A DNA stretch of 64,000 bases from Bdellovibrionales bacterium (GTDB lineage Bacteria > Bdellovibrionota > Bdellovibrionia > Bdellovibrionales > JAGQZY01): positions 1,792,001 to 1,856,000 of the forward strand of contig CAXRHT010000002.1 of the NCBI GenBank assembly GCA_964230645.1. The letters are read 5' to 3'. Below the pieces are notes generated by a model that saw only the letters and a program-made list of their open reading frames with translations, had not been told where the DNA came from and did no database searches. The position numbers and the translations under genes were made by a program. Of this stretch, positions 1-9,152 are shown one piece after another (within the stretch, counting starts at the first letter, position 1; each line of letters begins with the position of its first letter).

Positions 1-2
1 CA

Positions 3-1223
3 GTAGAAAATACAAGCCTTACCACCTCAACCGGTATGTTTGCTCACACCGATGGGGCCACAATTGTAAATCTAGTTTTAGAAAACTTTGATATTCGGGG
101 GCACAGAAAAGTTGGGTTTGTCGGAACAGCTTTCAACACGACCCTAACAAATGTCTCATTAACTGGTACTGTTCAACCTCCACAGGGCGAAACAGCCTCT
201 GCTTTTAGCGCTTGTCTATTCGGATACTACGAGGCCAACAATCAAGACACTGTGAAAGTAAGCAACGTTAGTTTAGATTGTGATACTCACGCCCATGATG
301 TAGCGGCTAATCTATTTGGTTGGCTACAAGTTCAAGACGGGTCCTCTTTCGAGCTTTCTAATGTTCAAGCTCAAGGGGACCTGATTCATACCGAAGGTGG
401 AAATAGTAATGCTGGGATCGGGGCCTATATTAGAGTCGTCGGAAGCAACAATTCCCTAATGTTGAAAAACATAGAATTTAGTGGTGATGTTACCATCGAC
501 CAAGGAGCTGGCTCATGGTCAGGACATGGATTTGGTCAGATGCATTTTAATGGTAGCTCGAACAACATTGAAATTACGGAAATCCAAACTTCCGGAAATT
601 TTTCCTCTGTTGCAAATTTCAATCAAGATGGAGTCCTTGGAGGCTTCGTTGGTAATTTAAGCCTAGCTTTATCGGATAGCACTGTCCTTTTTGACAAAAT
701 CGCAATTCAGTCAAATATTACCATCCTTAACAATTCTGAACCAACCAATCACTCCATTTCGGGCTTTATTGGTCGTTTGGGCTTTAACAATGTTAGCAAT
801 TTGGATTTAGACATTCGTAATTCTTACGGGCGTGGACAAATTCAAACTCTAAATAACAATACCCTCAATGGTGTCGGTGGTTTTTTAGGAGAGATCAGAC
901 TGACGGGCTCAGATGCTACCTTAGATTTTAGTGTTAACTCTTGCTACTCTGCCGTCGACTTAATACTAGCGGGAGGAGGCATCACCAACAGCCTTGGCTT
1001 TGTTGGAACTGAACAGACCATCCCCAACTATACCGACAATTATTTCTATAGCTCTAATAATCTATTAGGCCCCGGTAATTCAGGCGAGAGTACGTCTTCA
1101 GCGGAAGTAATTTATTTGGACAGTACTAACATTTTACAGTCCTCCCAATTCGTAGGACCTGGGTGGAACTTTAGTACGATTTGGCAAGCCAATGATGGAT
1201 TTACTGCACCCAACCTTCGCTAG
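3..1223 (+). CDS. Partial (5' truncated) GLUG-motif-like surface/adhesin protein
   Basis: Frame is open back to the window edge. Gly/Asn-rich repeats such as VGGFLG/LGGFVG/ISGFIG and C-terminal GWNFSTIW...P.LR resemble GLUG-repeat surface proteins. Confidence 0.55.
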   Translation, partial: VENTSLTTSTGMFAHTDGATIVNLVLENFDIRGHRKVGFVGTAFNTTLTNVSLTGTVQPPQGETASAFSACLFGYYEANNQDTVKVSNVSLDCDTHAHDVAANLFGWLQVQDGSSFELSNVQAQGDLIHTEGGNSNAGIGAYIRVVGSNNSLMLKNIEFSGDVTIDQGAGSWSGHGFGQMHFNGSSNNIEITEIQTSGNFSSVANFNQDGVLGGFVGNLSLALSDSTVLFDKIAIQSNITILNNSEPTNHSISGFIGRLGFNNVSNLDLDIRNSYGRGQIQTLNNNTLNGVGGFLGEIRLTGSDATLDFSVNSCYSAVDLILAGGGITNSLGFVGTEQTIPNYTDNYFYSSNNLLGPGNSGESTSSAEVIYLDSTNILQSSQFVGPGWNFSTIWQANDGFTAPNLR

Positions 1224-2230
1224 TTCGTTTTTTCTACCACGTCACTGGGCTCATCCTTGTCGATCAGCTCATCAACAGACATTTTACGATAAGCTTGAAA
1301 AGGCTCTTGCCTCACCGGGCAGTTAGGCTGAGAGCAGTAACGACAATAAAGCCGTCGGCAGGGATCAATGTGAAAATGAATCTCGCCTGGAAACTCATAG
1401 TGGCCAATGATTTTCTTTTCGTATGCCACTGTTTCGTCATGAGCTTGTTCCACCGACCAAAACTCCGGCACCACGACATGGGCATCGATATGGTGAAAGC
1501 GCCCAGAACGCATGACTCTGAGGTGGTGAACTTGAATAATACCATCTTGATGATGAGCATTGATGACATCCTGGATTTGCCCGATGATGTTTTCATTCTC
1601 CTCATCCAAGAGCCCTCCGATTGCTTTTCGAATGAGTTCATAGCCCTCGTGAATTAAATGGAAACTAACAAGAATGGCGATCATAGAATCAAGCCACTTC
1701 ATCCCAGTTACTATGACCAAGCCAAGCCCCACAAGAACTCCACAAGTTGTCCAAAAATCAGCCATAAGATGTTTTCCGCTGGCTTGGAGTGCCTCTGATT
1801 GCTTTTTCGTACCTACCCTCTGAAGGTAAAAACCCACGAGCAAATTGACCACACCTGTTAGACCAAGGAGCAAAGTCCCCAGTGATAAATCCACTAAGGG
1901 TTTATCAGACGAGATGGCTTGAATGGCTTCAAGCAAAATCAAGAATGCGGCAAAGGCGATCAAGCCCCCCTCGACGGCGGCTGACAAATACTCTACTTTT
2001 CCATGTCCGTAAGGGTGATCCCGGTCTGCTGGTTTTGAAGCAAAATAAAGAACATAGAAAGCCAGACAGGCCGCGAGAACATTGACCACACTTTCCATGG
2101 CCTCGGAAAATATGGCCTGGGAGCCTGTTAATTGAAAGGCAAAAAATTTGATCGCAAAAAGACTTGTGGCAACGATTATCGAGAGAAAACCGGCTTTTTT
2201 TACGGCTGGATCAAACTGGGTCTTTTGCAC
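1220..2230 (-). CDS. Cation diffusion facilitator (FieF-like) transporter
   Basis: Multiple TM helices, KPADRDHPYGHGKVEY motif, HLMAD and C-terminal HIDAH/HFHIDP dimerisation domain. Confidence 0.9.
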   Translation of the reverse strand: MQKTQFDPAVKKAGFLSIIVATSLFAIKFFAFQLTGSQAIFSEAMESVVNVLAACLAFYVLYFASKPADRDHPYGHGKVEYLSAAVEGGLIAFAAFLILLEAIQAISSDKPLVDLSLGTLLLGLTGVVNLLVGFYLQRVGTKKQSEALQASGKHLMADFWTTCGVLVGLGLVIVTGMKWLDSMIAILVSFHLIHEGYELIRKAIGGLLDEENENIIGQIQDVINAHHQDGIIQVHHLRVMRSGRFHHIDAHVVVPEFWSVEQAHDETVAYEKKIIGHYEFPGEIHFHIDPCRRLYCRYCSQPNCPVRQEPFQAYRKMSVDELIDKDEPSDVVEKTN

Positions 2231-2250
2231 TTAAAGGCTCCTGTTACGGG

Positions 2251-3276
2251 TCATGACCACTTCTTAGCAAGAGTTTCTAGAAATACCAACTTCCTTGCAC
2301 TTAAACCGAAATGGTTGCCTGAAAATTCTGTGAATTTCACGTTTTTCTTTTCCTGCTTTAGAAGAGAATAGATCTGCCTTGTACCGTACTGAAGATGAAA
2401 ATTGTCATAAAGGCCGACATCAAGATGAATTTCTTTAGACCCAATATTTTTTAAGCGTTTTTTTAGGAACACAATGGGATCATGCGTTTTCCAATGTTTC
2501 CAAATTTTTGGTTTTAACTCTGCAGAGTATAAATCGATGGGCCAATCAATCTTGTTTTTACTAATATTATCCTTATAAGAATAACAATGGGCCATCGCCA
2601 CAACATTAGCCAAGTTAAAAAAAGACCTTTTCTCCAGGAGTTCTCCTTGATCAATTTTCTTTTTTAAGTCCTTGAGATTTTTAAATTTTAAAATCTCAGG
2701 AGCAGCGGCGAGCACTTCGGGCCATAAACTGCCATCAAAGAAACTGTCCGGGGCTGTGGCAAGAGCGATCTGAAAAGGGCTCTTCGGAACACTAATAAGA
2801 TGAAGAGCTCCGTAGCCTCCACTTGACCCTCCCATAACTGCTAGTTTTTCGTGTTTAGTTTTAAACTCTTCACAAACCTGAGGGACCAACTCCTTAATAA
2901 TGTAGTCCTGATAATTTCCGCATCCAGGGGAATTGAGAAACTGGGACCCGCCCCAATAAGTCATTGCATCCACAAACACATGAATAGCTTTAGGAGCCTT
3001 TTTTAAGGTCTGGGCTTCATCAATTTTTTGTACAAAGTTTTTATCTAAAGTCTTGGGGGTAAAATTGCTAGGACCATTAGAAAAATAACCTGAGAGGTGA
3101 AAAACAACGGGCAGAGATTTTTGCTCTCCCTCAGGTACCAGACAATAATTATGGCGATGAGAGGGGTCTCCCAATGGGTTGCCCTTAAGAATTTCACTGT
3201 TTACGACAAGATTGTAGGTCTCAAAATTTTTGAGTTCATAAGGCAGCAAAAGGGGCTTTTTTTCAGATTGAGGCAT
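2251..3276 (-). CDS. Putative esterase (enterochelin esterase-like alpha/beta hydrolase)
   Basis: GGSSGGYGA nucleophile elbow, DVGLYD and FSGNH catalytic segments, GNPLGDP N-terminal motif. Start placed at ATG 3276. Confidence 0.8.
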   Translation of the reverse strand: MPQSEKKPLLLPYELKNFETYNLVVNSEILKGNPLGDPSHRHNYCLVPEGEQKSLPVVFHLSGYFSNGPSNFTPKTLDKNFVQKIDEAQTLKKAPKAIHVFVDAMTYWGGSQFLNSPGCGNYQDYIIKELVPQVCEEFKTKHEKLAVMGGSSGGYGALHLISVPKSPFQIALATAPDSFFDGSLWPEVLAAAPEILKFKNLKDLKKKIDQGELLEKRSFFNLANVVAMAHCYSYKDNISKNKIDWPIDLYSAELKPKIWKHWKTHDPIVFLKKRLKNIGSKEIHLDVGLYDNFHLQYGTRQIYSLLKQEKKNVKFTEFSGNHFGLSARKLVFLETLAKKWS

Positions 3277-3411
3277 GGTGAAAACTCCTGTTTGCCCAAT
3301 GGTTATTCCTCCCCTCTTGCATGTCAACAAAGAGACCTTTTAGGGAGCTTAATATCAGTCGACAGAAAGGCCCAAATTTTGTTATACCAGAGGGCATCCA
3401 CGAGGTTTGTT

Positions 3412-5163
3412 ATGAATAATTTGCAAGATCCCCTACGTCTTAAACTGGCAGAGATTACCACCCAGGAAATTGAAAAGGCTTTTCAAGTAAAGTTAGACCC
3501 TGCCGACTGCGTTTCAGACTTCGCCTCAGTTCCAAATTTAAAATTAGGACATCTCTCCTTTCCCTGCTTTAAACTTTCTAAGGAACTGAAAAAAAATCCC
3601 AAAGAAATTGCCGAAAACCTTAAAGAGAACTGGGAAAATCTTGAAGCCTTTGAAGAGGTCCGTGCGGTAGGCCCCTACCTAAATTTCTTTTTGAAACCCT
3701 CCTTCTTTGGTCAGTGGGTTTTGAGTCCAATGAACAGTTTGCAATACTTCCAAATTCAAAAAACCAACGAACAGCCCTTTCTGATTGAGTACTCTCAGCC
3801 AAATACCCACAAAGAACTGCATGTGGGTCATATGCGAAATCTTTGCTTTGGCTACTCTTTGATTCTACTTTTTGATTACTGTGGCAACAACGTGGTTCGA
3901 TGCACATTCCCCGGAGATGTAGGTACTCATGTAGCCAAATGCCTTTGGTATTTAAAATTTCACAATCAAGAACCCATTCCTGAAAGTGCCCGGGGCGAGT
4001 GGCTAGGAAGAATGTACACCCTTGCCCACAACAAATTGGAAGATGAAAAAGGCACTGACAAAGAAGACTTTAACCGTGAGCAACTCACAGAAATTCTTCG
4101 CCAAATCGAAAAAAAGGAAGGCGAGTTCTTTGACCTTTGGAAAGAAACACGGCAGTGGTCCATTGAACTCATGGAAACCGTTTACAAGTGGGCGGGTGTA
4201 TCCTTTGATCAGTGGTATTGGGAGTCCGACGTTGATTCTGCTTCAGTGAAGCTTGTTAAAAAGCTTTATGAAGAGGGTAAACTGATTGAAGACCAAGGGG
4301 CCATTGGAATTAACTTAGAAGATGAAAAACTTGGCTTTTGTATGTTTCTAAAATCCGATGGTAACGGTATGTACGCCACGAAGGACTTAGAACTTGCGCG
4401 CAGAAAGTTCGAACAGTTTAATCCACAGGAAAATATTGTGGTTGTTGACACCAGACAAGAGCTTCACTTTAAGCAGGTCTTTACGGCTTTTGAGAAAGTG
4501 GGTCTTGGAGAAAAAGAGAAGTGTCGGCACTTAAAATACAACTTTGTCGAACTTCCCGATGGAGCCATGAGTTCAAGAAAAGGAAATATCATCCCTATCA
4601 CTGAGCTTATTGAGAGCATGAAAATGATGGTTCAAAAAGATTATCTCTCTCGCTACAAAGATGAGTGGAGTGCAGAGGAGATCGATCAGACCGCCGATGC
4701 TGTCGCTCAAGGGGCCATCAAGTACGGGATGAACCGTATGGATCCTAATAAAAAAATCGTTTTTGATATGAAAGAGTGGCTCAGACTTGATGGCGAATCT
4801 GGTCCTTACATTCAGTACACTCACGCCCGCATCAACTCCCTTATTAAAAAATTCGGGAAAGATTTATCCAAAGACATCCCGTGGGAGAAATTAACTCACG
4901 ACCGCGAGATGGAGCTGATGATCCATTTGAGTCTCTTCAATTGGTCCATGTTCAAGTCGCTTGAGTCTTATAAGACCTCTGGAATTTGTAACTACCTTTA
5001 CGACCTCGCAAAGCTCTTTAATTCATTCTACCACGACTGCCCTATTGGAAAGCTTGAGGATGAGGAACTTAAATTAGCACGCCTGGCTCTCGTTCAGTCT
5101 GTGAAGCAAGCCCTTGCTAAAGGCCTCTCTTTATTAGGGATTCCGGCTCCTGAAAGAATGTAG
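3412..5163 (+). CDS. argS: Arginine--tRNA ligase
   Basis: EYSQPNTHKELHVGHMRN HIGH motif, MSSRKG, YIQYTHAR, FNSFY and terminal PERM. Start at ATG 3412 after GAGG. Confidence 0.97.
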   Translation: MNNLQDPLRLKLAEITTQEIEKAFQVKLDPADCVSDFASVPNLKLGHLSFPCFKLSKELKKNPKEIAENLKENWENLEAFEEVRAVGPYLNFFLKPSFFGQWVLSPMNSLQYFQIQKTNEQPFLIEYSQPNTHKELHVGHMRNLCFGYSLILLFDYCGNNVVRCTFPGDVGTHVAKCLWYLKFHNQEPIPESARGEWLGRMYTLAHNKLEDEKGTDKEDFNREQLTEILRQIEKKEGEFFDLWKETRQWSIELMETVYKWAGVSFDQWYWESDVDSASVKLVKKLYEEGKLIEDQGAIGINLEDEKLGFCMFLKSDGNGMYATKDLELARRKFEQFNPQENIVVVDTRQELHFKQVFTAFEKVGLGEKEKCRHLKYNFVELPDGAMSSRKGNIIPITELIESMKMMVQKDYLSRYKDEWSAEEIDQTADAVAQGAIKYGMNRMDPNKKIVFDMKEWLRLDGESGPYIQYTHARINSLIKKFGKDLSKDIPWEKLTHDREMELMIHLSLFNWSMFKSLESYKTSGICNYLYDLAKLFNSFYHDCPIGKLEDEELKLARLALVQSVKQALAKGLSLLGIPAPERM

Positions 5164-5297
5164 ATTCCTTTTGGGTGTTAAATTAATCAACACTTTTAAT
5201 TAAGCAGCTCTATAAGTTTTTCTCAGTGAATTGTGAGTTAGAACCCGCTGGTTTAAGTTACGTGCAAACGAACGCTTTAAAACCTATGGAGTTTACA

Positions 5298-5651
5298 ATG
5301 AAAATAATATTCGCAATCTTGGCATGTTTAACTGTTTCTTCCCAGGCTTTCGCCATTTCCTGTCACGGAACTGAGCCATTCTGGGGAGCTGAAGTTTCGA
5401 AACAACAAGTTGTTGTAGAGATGCCTGGCGACCAGGGTCCTCAAACAATCCCTGTCAATGCCATCGGTGCTGCTGCAGGATTTACTTCTGACTATGTTCA
5501 GGTTTACAAAAATGATAACGGACCAGCGGCTGTTGTTATCGGTAACAAATGTACAGACGGAATGAGTGATTTCACATTTCCACAAGAAGTGATCATCTTC
5601 ACTGGCACTACCACTCTTTACGGATGCTGTGGTGAAGGTAAGATGGAATAA
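5298..5651 (+). CDS. Secreted protein with GTEPFW motif (COG3650-like)
   Basis: Signal peptide, GTEPFW, CTDGMSD and YGCC motifs, GGAG RBS. Confidence 0.65.
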   Translation: MKIIFAILACLTVSSQAFAISCHGTEPFWGAEVSKQQVVVEMPGDQGPQTIPVNAIGAAAGFTSDYVQVYKNDNGPAAVVIGNKCTDGMSDFTFPQEVIIFTGTTTLYGCCGEGKME

Positions 5652-5675
5652 GTTATAAAATATTTTATTTGATTT

Positions 5676-5709
5676 AAAAGCCTATCTCGAGACGAGATGG
5701 GCTTTTTTT
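5676..5709. terminator. Bidirectional intrinsic terminator
   Basis: AAAAGCCTATCTCG-aga-CGAGATGGGCTTTT hairpin with A/T tracts between convergent genes. Confidence 0.8.
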
Positions 5710-6673
5710 ATTTTCTTTTGTCAGCTGAGGCTGAGTTGATATCTGTTTTTTTGTCTTGAACTTCTCGGAAAACAACGCGGTTTCGACCCTCTTCTTTGGC
5801 TTTATAAAGTCCATGGTCGGCGTGGCGAACCAAGGAGCGGCCATCCATTAGAGAGCGCCCCTCAAGGATGATCGCACACCCCATACTGGCGGTGAGTTTT
5901 ATTTTATCCTCTCCGTGTTCAAAAAGATGCTCTTCCATAATTTTTCGTAAACGCTCGCAGAAAAGCTTTGCACCCTCACCTGTGGTTTGAGAAAGACAAA
6001 TTAGGAATTCATCGCCACCGTAGCGAGCCGCAAAGTCGTGAGTTCTTATGTTCTTTTTAATGAGTTTCCCCACCTCGGCGAGTACATGACTTCCAAAAAG
6101 ATGATCATGATTATCGTTCACGCCTTTAAAGTGATCCATATCAAGCATGATGGCTGCTACTCCGTGACCATAGCGCCTGGCTCTTTCGATCTCCTGATCC
6201 ATTTTTGAATAAACGGATCTCATATTATATAGGCCCGTGAGGTCATCGATTTCCACTAAGCCCTGGAGTTTTTCGTTGGCCTCTCTGAGTTCGTCCTGCA
6301 ATCTTTTAACTCGCAACTGTGCTCGCACCCGGGCTAAAAGTTCCATCCCTGAAAAAGGCTTTGAAATATAGTCGAGGGCTCCAGCATCTAGACCACGTAT
6401 CACATCCTCGGTGGTGGTGTTGGCTGTGACAAAAACCACAGCCGCCGTATTTTCCTTGGTCTTAAGAACCTCGATGGTTTCAATTCCATCCATCCCTGGC
6501 ATGTTCACATCAAGAAGAACCAGGTCGGGTCGGTAGTGATCAAGAGCCCTTAGCCCATCGGCTCCAGAGCTTGCGGACTCCACATGATAGCCTTCTTTTT
6601 CAAGAAGCTTCCGAACAATTTTCAGGTTATCCTCGTCGTCATCGACGAGAAGAATTTTAGAGTCTAATTCCAT
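5708..6673 (-). CDS. Response-regulator diguanylate cyclase (REC-coiled coil-GGDEF)
   Basis: REC domain (VDDD, LLDVNMP, KPF), DDLTGLYN, RYGGDEF active site and RTHD I-site. Confidence 0.95.
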   Translation of the reverse strand: MELDSKILLVDDDEDNLKIVRKLLEKEGYHVESASSGADGLRALDHYRPDLVLLDVNMPGMDGIETIEVLKTKENTAAVVFVTANTTTEDVIRGLDAGALDYISKPFSGMELLARVRAQLRVKRLQDELREANEKLQGLVEIDDLTGLYNMRSVYSKMDQEIERARRYGHGVAAIMLDMDHFKGVNDNHDHLFGSHVLAEVGKLIKKNIRTHDFAARYGGDEFLICLSQTTGEGAKLFCERLRKIMEEHLFEHGEDKIKLTASMGCAIILEGRSLMDGRSLVRHADHGLYKAKEEGRNRVVFREVQDKKTDINSASADKRK

Positions 6674-6764
6674 TTCTCCATTTTAGGAAAAATTCGTCCT
6701 TTTATCAGTAAAAACCCGGCCCTTCAGGCTTGAGTCTAGGTGGGAGCGTTGATAGTGTCTCTCC

Positions 6765-9146
6765 ATGTCTTACAATCACAAATCCATCGACCAAAAATGG
6801 CAAAAAGCTTGGGATGAAAAACAGGCTTTCGTCGCAGAATATCCATCAACAAAACCAAAGTACTATGCTCTTGATATGTTTCCCTATCCTTCAGGCAGTG
6901 GGCTCCATGTCGGGCATATGGCCTCCTACACCCCGACGGATGTGGTGTCGCGCTACAAAAGGCAAAAAGGCTTCAACGTTCTACACCCCATGGGTTACGA
7001 CGCTTTTGGACTTCCCGCCGAGCAATACGCCATTCAAACAGGCGTGCACCCAGCAAAAACGACCCAAAAAGCGATAGAGAACTTTCGTCGCCAGCTTAAA
7101 AGTTTTGGATTCAGTTTTGATTGGACCGCCGAAGTGGCTACCTGTGAGCCTGACTTTTACAAGTGGACACAGTTTATTTTTCTAGAGCTTTTCAAAAAAG
7201 GATTGGCCTACCAAAAAGAAGTGCCCGTCAATTGGTGTCCCGCCTTAAAAACAGTCCTTGCTAATGAAGAAGTGGTGGATGGCAAAAGTGAACGCGGTGG
7301 ACACCCCGTGGTTCGTAAACCCATGAAACAGTGGATGCTAAAAATCACCGACTACGCCGAAAGACTTCTTGAGGACCTAGCAAAAATTCAGTGGCCTCAC
7401 CGAACAAAAGAAGGTCAAAAAAATTGGATTGGAAAATCCACAGGAGCTCAAGTCTTTTTCAGTGTGGAGAATTTTGATGACCAATTCGAAATCTTTACCA
7501 CAAGGCCTGACACATTGTTTGGTGTCACTTTTATGGTTCTCTCGCCTGAGCACCCCTTGGTTTCAAAAATTACCAGCCCTCAGCAAAAAAGTGCCGTTGA
7601 AGAATACGTGAATAAAGCAGCCACAAAGTCGGAGCTCGACCGCAAGGCTAGCACCGAGAAAACGGGAGTTTTCACGGGAGCCCACGCCATTCATCCCATC
7701 AATCAAAGCCGTATTCCTATATGGATTGCCGACTATGTTTTAATGGACTATGGAACCGGAGCTATTATGGCCGTTCCAGGGCATGATGAAAGAGATTTCG
7801 AGTTTGCTGAAAAATTTGATCTACCGATTGTGCGAGTGATTGAAGGGGAAGGGGACCTCCCTTATTCAGGAGACGGTAAAGTCTGTAACTCTGACTTCCT
7901 GGATGGTCTTGAAAAAGACAAAGCCATTGCAAAAATTTGCAACCATATTGAGGAAAAAGCTCTGGGTAAGAAAACCCAAGAGTTTAAACTTCGTGACTGG
8001 CTTTTCTCAAGGCAACGCTATTGGGGCGAACCCTTCCCTGTCTACCATAAAGAGGGTGAAACTCTAGAGGTGCCTTTTGACGAATTACCGGTGGTGCTCC
8101 CAGAGGTTGCCAACTACGAACCCACTGAAGATGGGCGCCCCCCACTTTCTCAAAATAAAGATTGGGTGAAGTACAAAGGCGGTGAGAGAGAAACCGACAC
8201 GATGCCTGGCTCGGCCGGATCTTCATGGTATTTCCTACGCTATATTGATCCAAAGAACACGGAAACCTTTGCTTCCATGGAGAAACAAAAATACTGGATG
8301 CCCGTGGACCTCTACGTCGGGGGCCCTGAGCACACGGTGGGCCATCTTCTTTATTCTCGCTTTTGGCAAAAAGTTCTCTTTGATGCCGGCCTTGTTTCGA
8401 CCGATGAGCCTTTTATGAAGCTCGCTCACCAAGGCATGCTCTTAGGACTTGATGGCGAAAAAATGTCTAAGTCTCGCGGCAATGTGGTCAATCCCGATGA
8501 GGTGCGAGACGAATATGGAGCCGATGCTCTTCGCTGTTTTATTCTTTTCTTAGGCCCTATGGATCGCGACAAACCCTGGAATCCTAATGGCATTAACGGA
8601 GTTCGCAAATTTTTAGAAAGAGTGTGGCGTCTCTGTGTGGACGAGGAAGGAAATTTCCTCGGTCAGGATGAAAAGCCTTCAGAAAATCTGAATAAGATTC
8701 TTCATAAGACCACTCAGAAGGTGGGCGCTGACATAGAAAACCTTGATTTCAACACAGCCATCAGTGCTTTGATGATTTTGGTCAATGAGATGTACAAGGA
8801 AGAGAGTCGCTCAAATGAAGCCTTGGAAAAACTAGTGCTTCTCCTCGCTCCTTTTGCTCCTCATATGTGTGAAGAGATTTGGTCAAGCATGGGGAAAGAG
8901 GGCTTCGTCTCTTTAGCTCCGTGGCCAAGTTTTGACGAAAAACTGATCGAAGAGGATAGTGTCTCCATTGCCGTACAGGTGAATGGCAAAAAGCGCGGCG
9001 TGATTGACGTGACAGGTGATACAGATCAAGATCAGGCCCTCTCAGCGGCACAGGAGATTGAAGCTGTAAAAAATGCCATAGGGGATGCCACTGTTCGCAA
9101 AGTGATCTATGTTCCCGGCAAGATTTTGAATATTATTGCGAAATAG
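6765..9146 (+). CDS. leuS: Leucine--tRNA ligase
   Basis: MFPYPSGSGLHVGH, FTTRPDT editing domain, KMSKS. Confidence 0.98.
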   Translation: MSYNHKSIDQKWQKAWDEKQAFVAEYPSTKPKYYALDMFPYPSGSGLHVGHMASYTPTDVVSRYKRQKGFNVLHPMGYDAFGLPAEQYAIQTGVHPAKTTQKAIENFRRQLKSFGFSFDWTAEVATCEPDFYKWTQFIFLELFKKGLAYQKEVPVNWCPALKTVLANEEVVDGKSERGGHPVVRKPMKQWMLKITDYAERLLEDLAKIQWPHRTKEGQKNWIGKSTGAQVFFSVENFDDQFEIFTTRPDTLFGVTFMVLSPEHPLVSKITSPQQKSAVEEYVNKAATKSELDRKASTEKTGVFTGAHAIHPINQSRIPIWIADYVLMDYGTGAIMAVPGHDERDFEFAEKFDLPIVRVIEGEGDLPYSGDGKVCNSDFLDGLEKDKAIAKICNHIEEKALGKKTQEFKLRDWLFSRQRYWGEPFPVYHKEGETLEVPFDELPVVLPEVANYEPTEDGRPPLSQNKDWVKYKGGERETDTMPGSAGSSWYFLRYIDPKNTETFASMEKQKYWMPVDLYVGGPEHTVGHLLYSRFWQKVLFDAGLVSTDEPFMKLAHQGMLLGLDGEKMSKSRGNVVNPDEVRDEYGADALRCFILFLGPMDRDKPWNPNGINGVRKFLERVWRLCVDEEGNFLGQDEKPSENLNKILHKTTQKVGADIENLDFNTAISALMILVNEMYKEESRSNEALEKLVLLLAPFAPHMCEEIWSSMGKEGFVSLAPWPSFDEKLIEEDSVSIAVQVNGKKRGVIDVTGDTDQDQALSAAQEIEAVKNAIGDATVRKVIYVPGKILNIIAK

Positions 9147-9152
9147 GATTGA

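Noticed and set aside
3097..3411. 105-aa N-terminal extension of ArgS
   Set aside because: Overlaps the divergent esterase gene; ATG 3412 has an RBS and gives a normal length.
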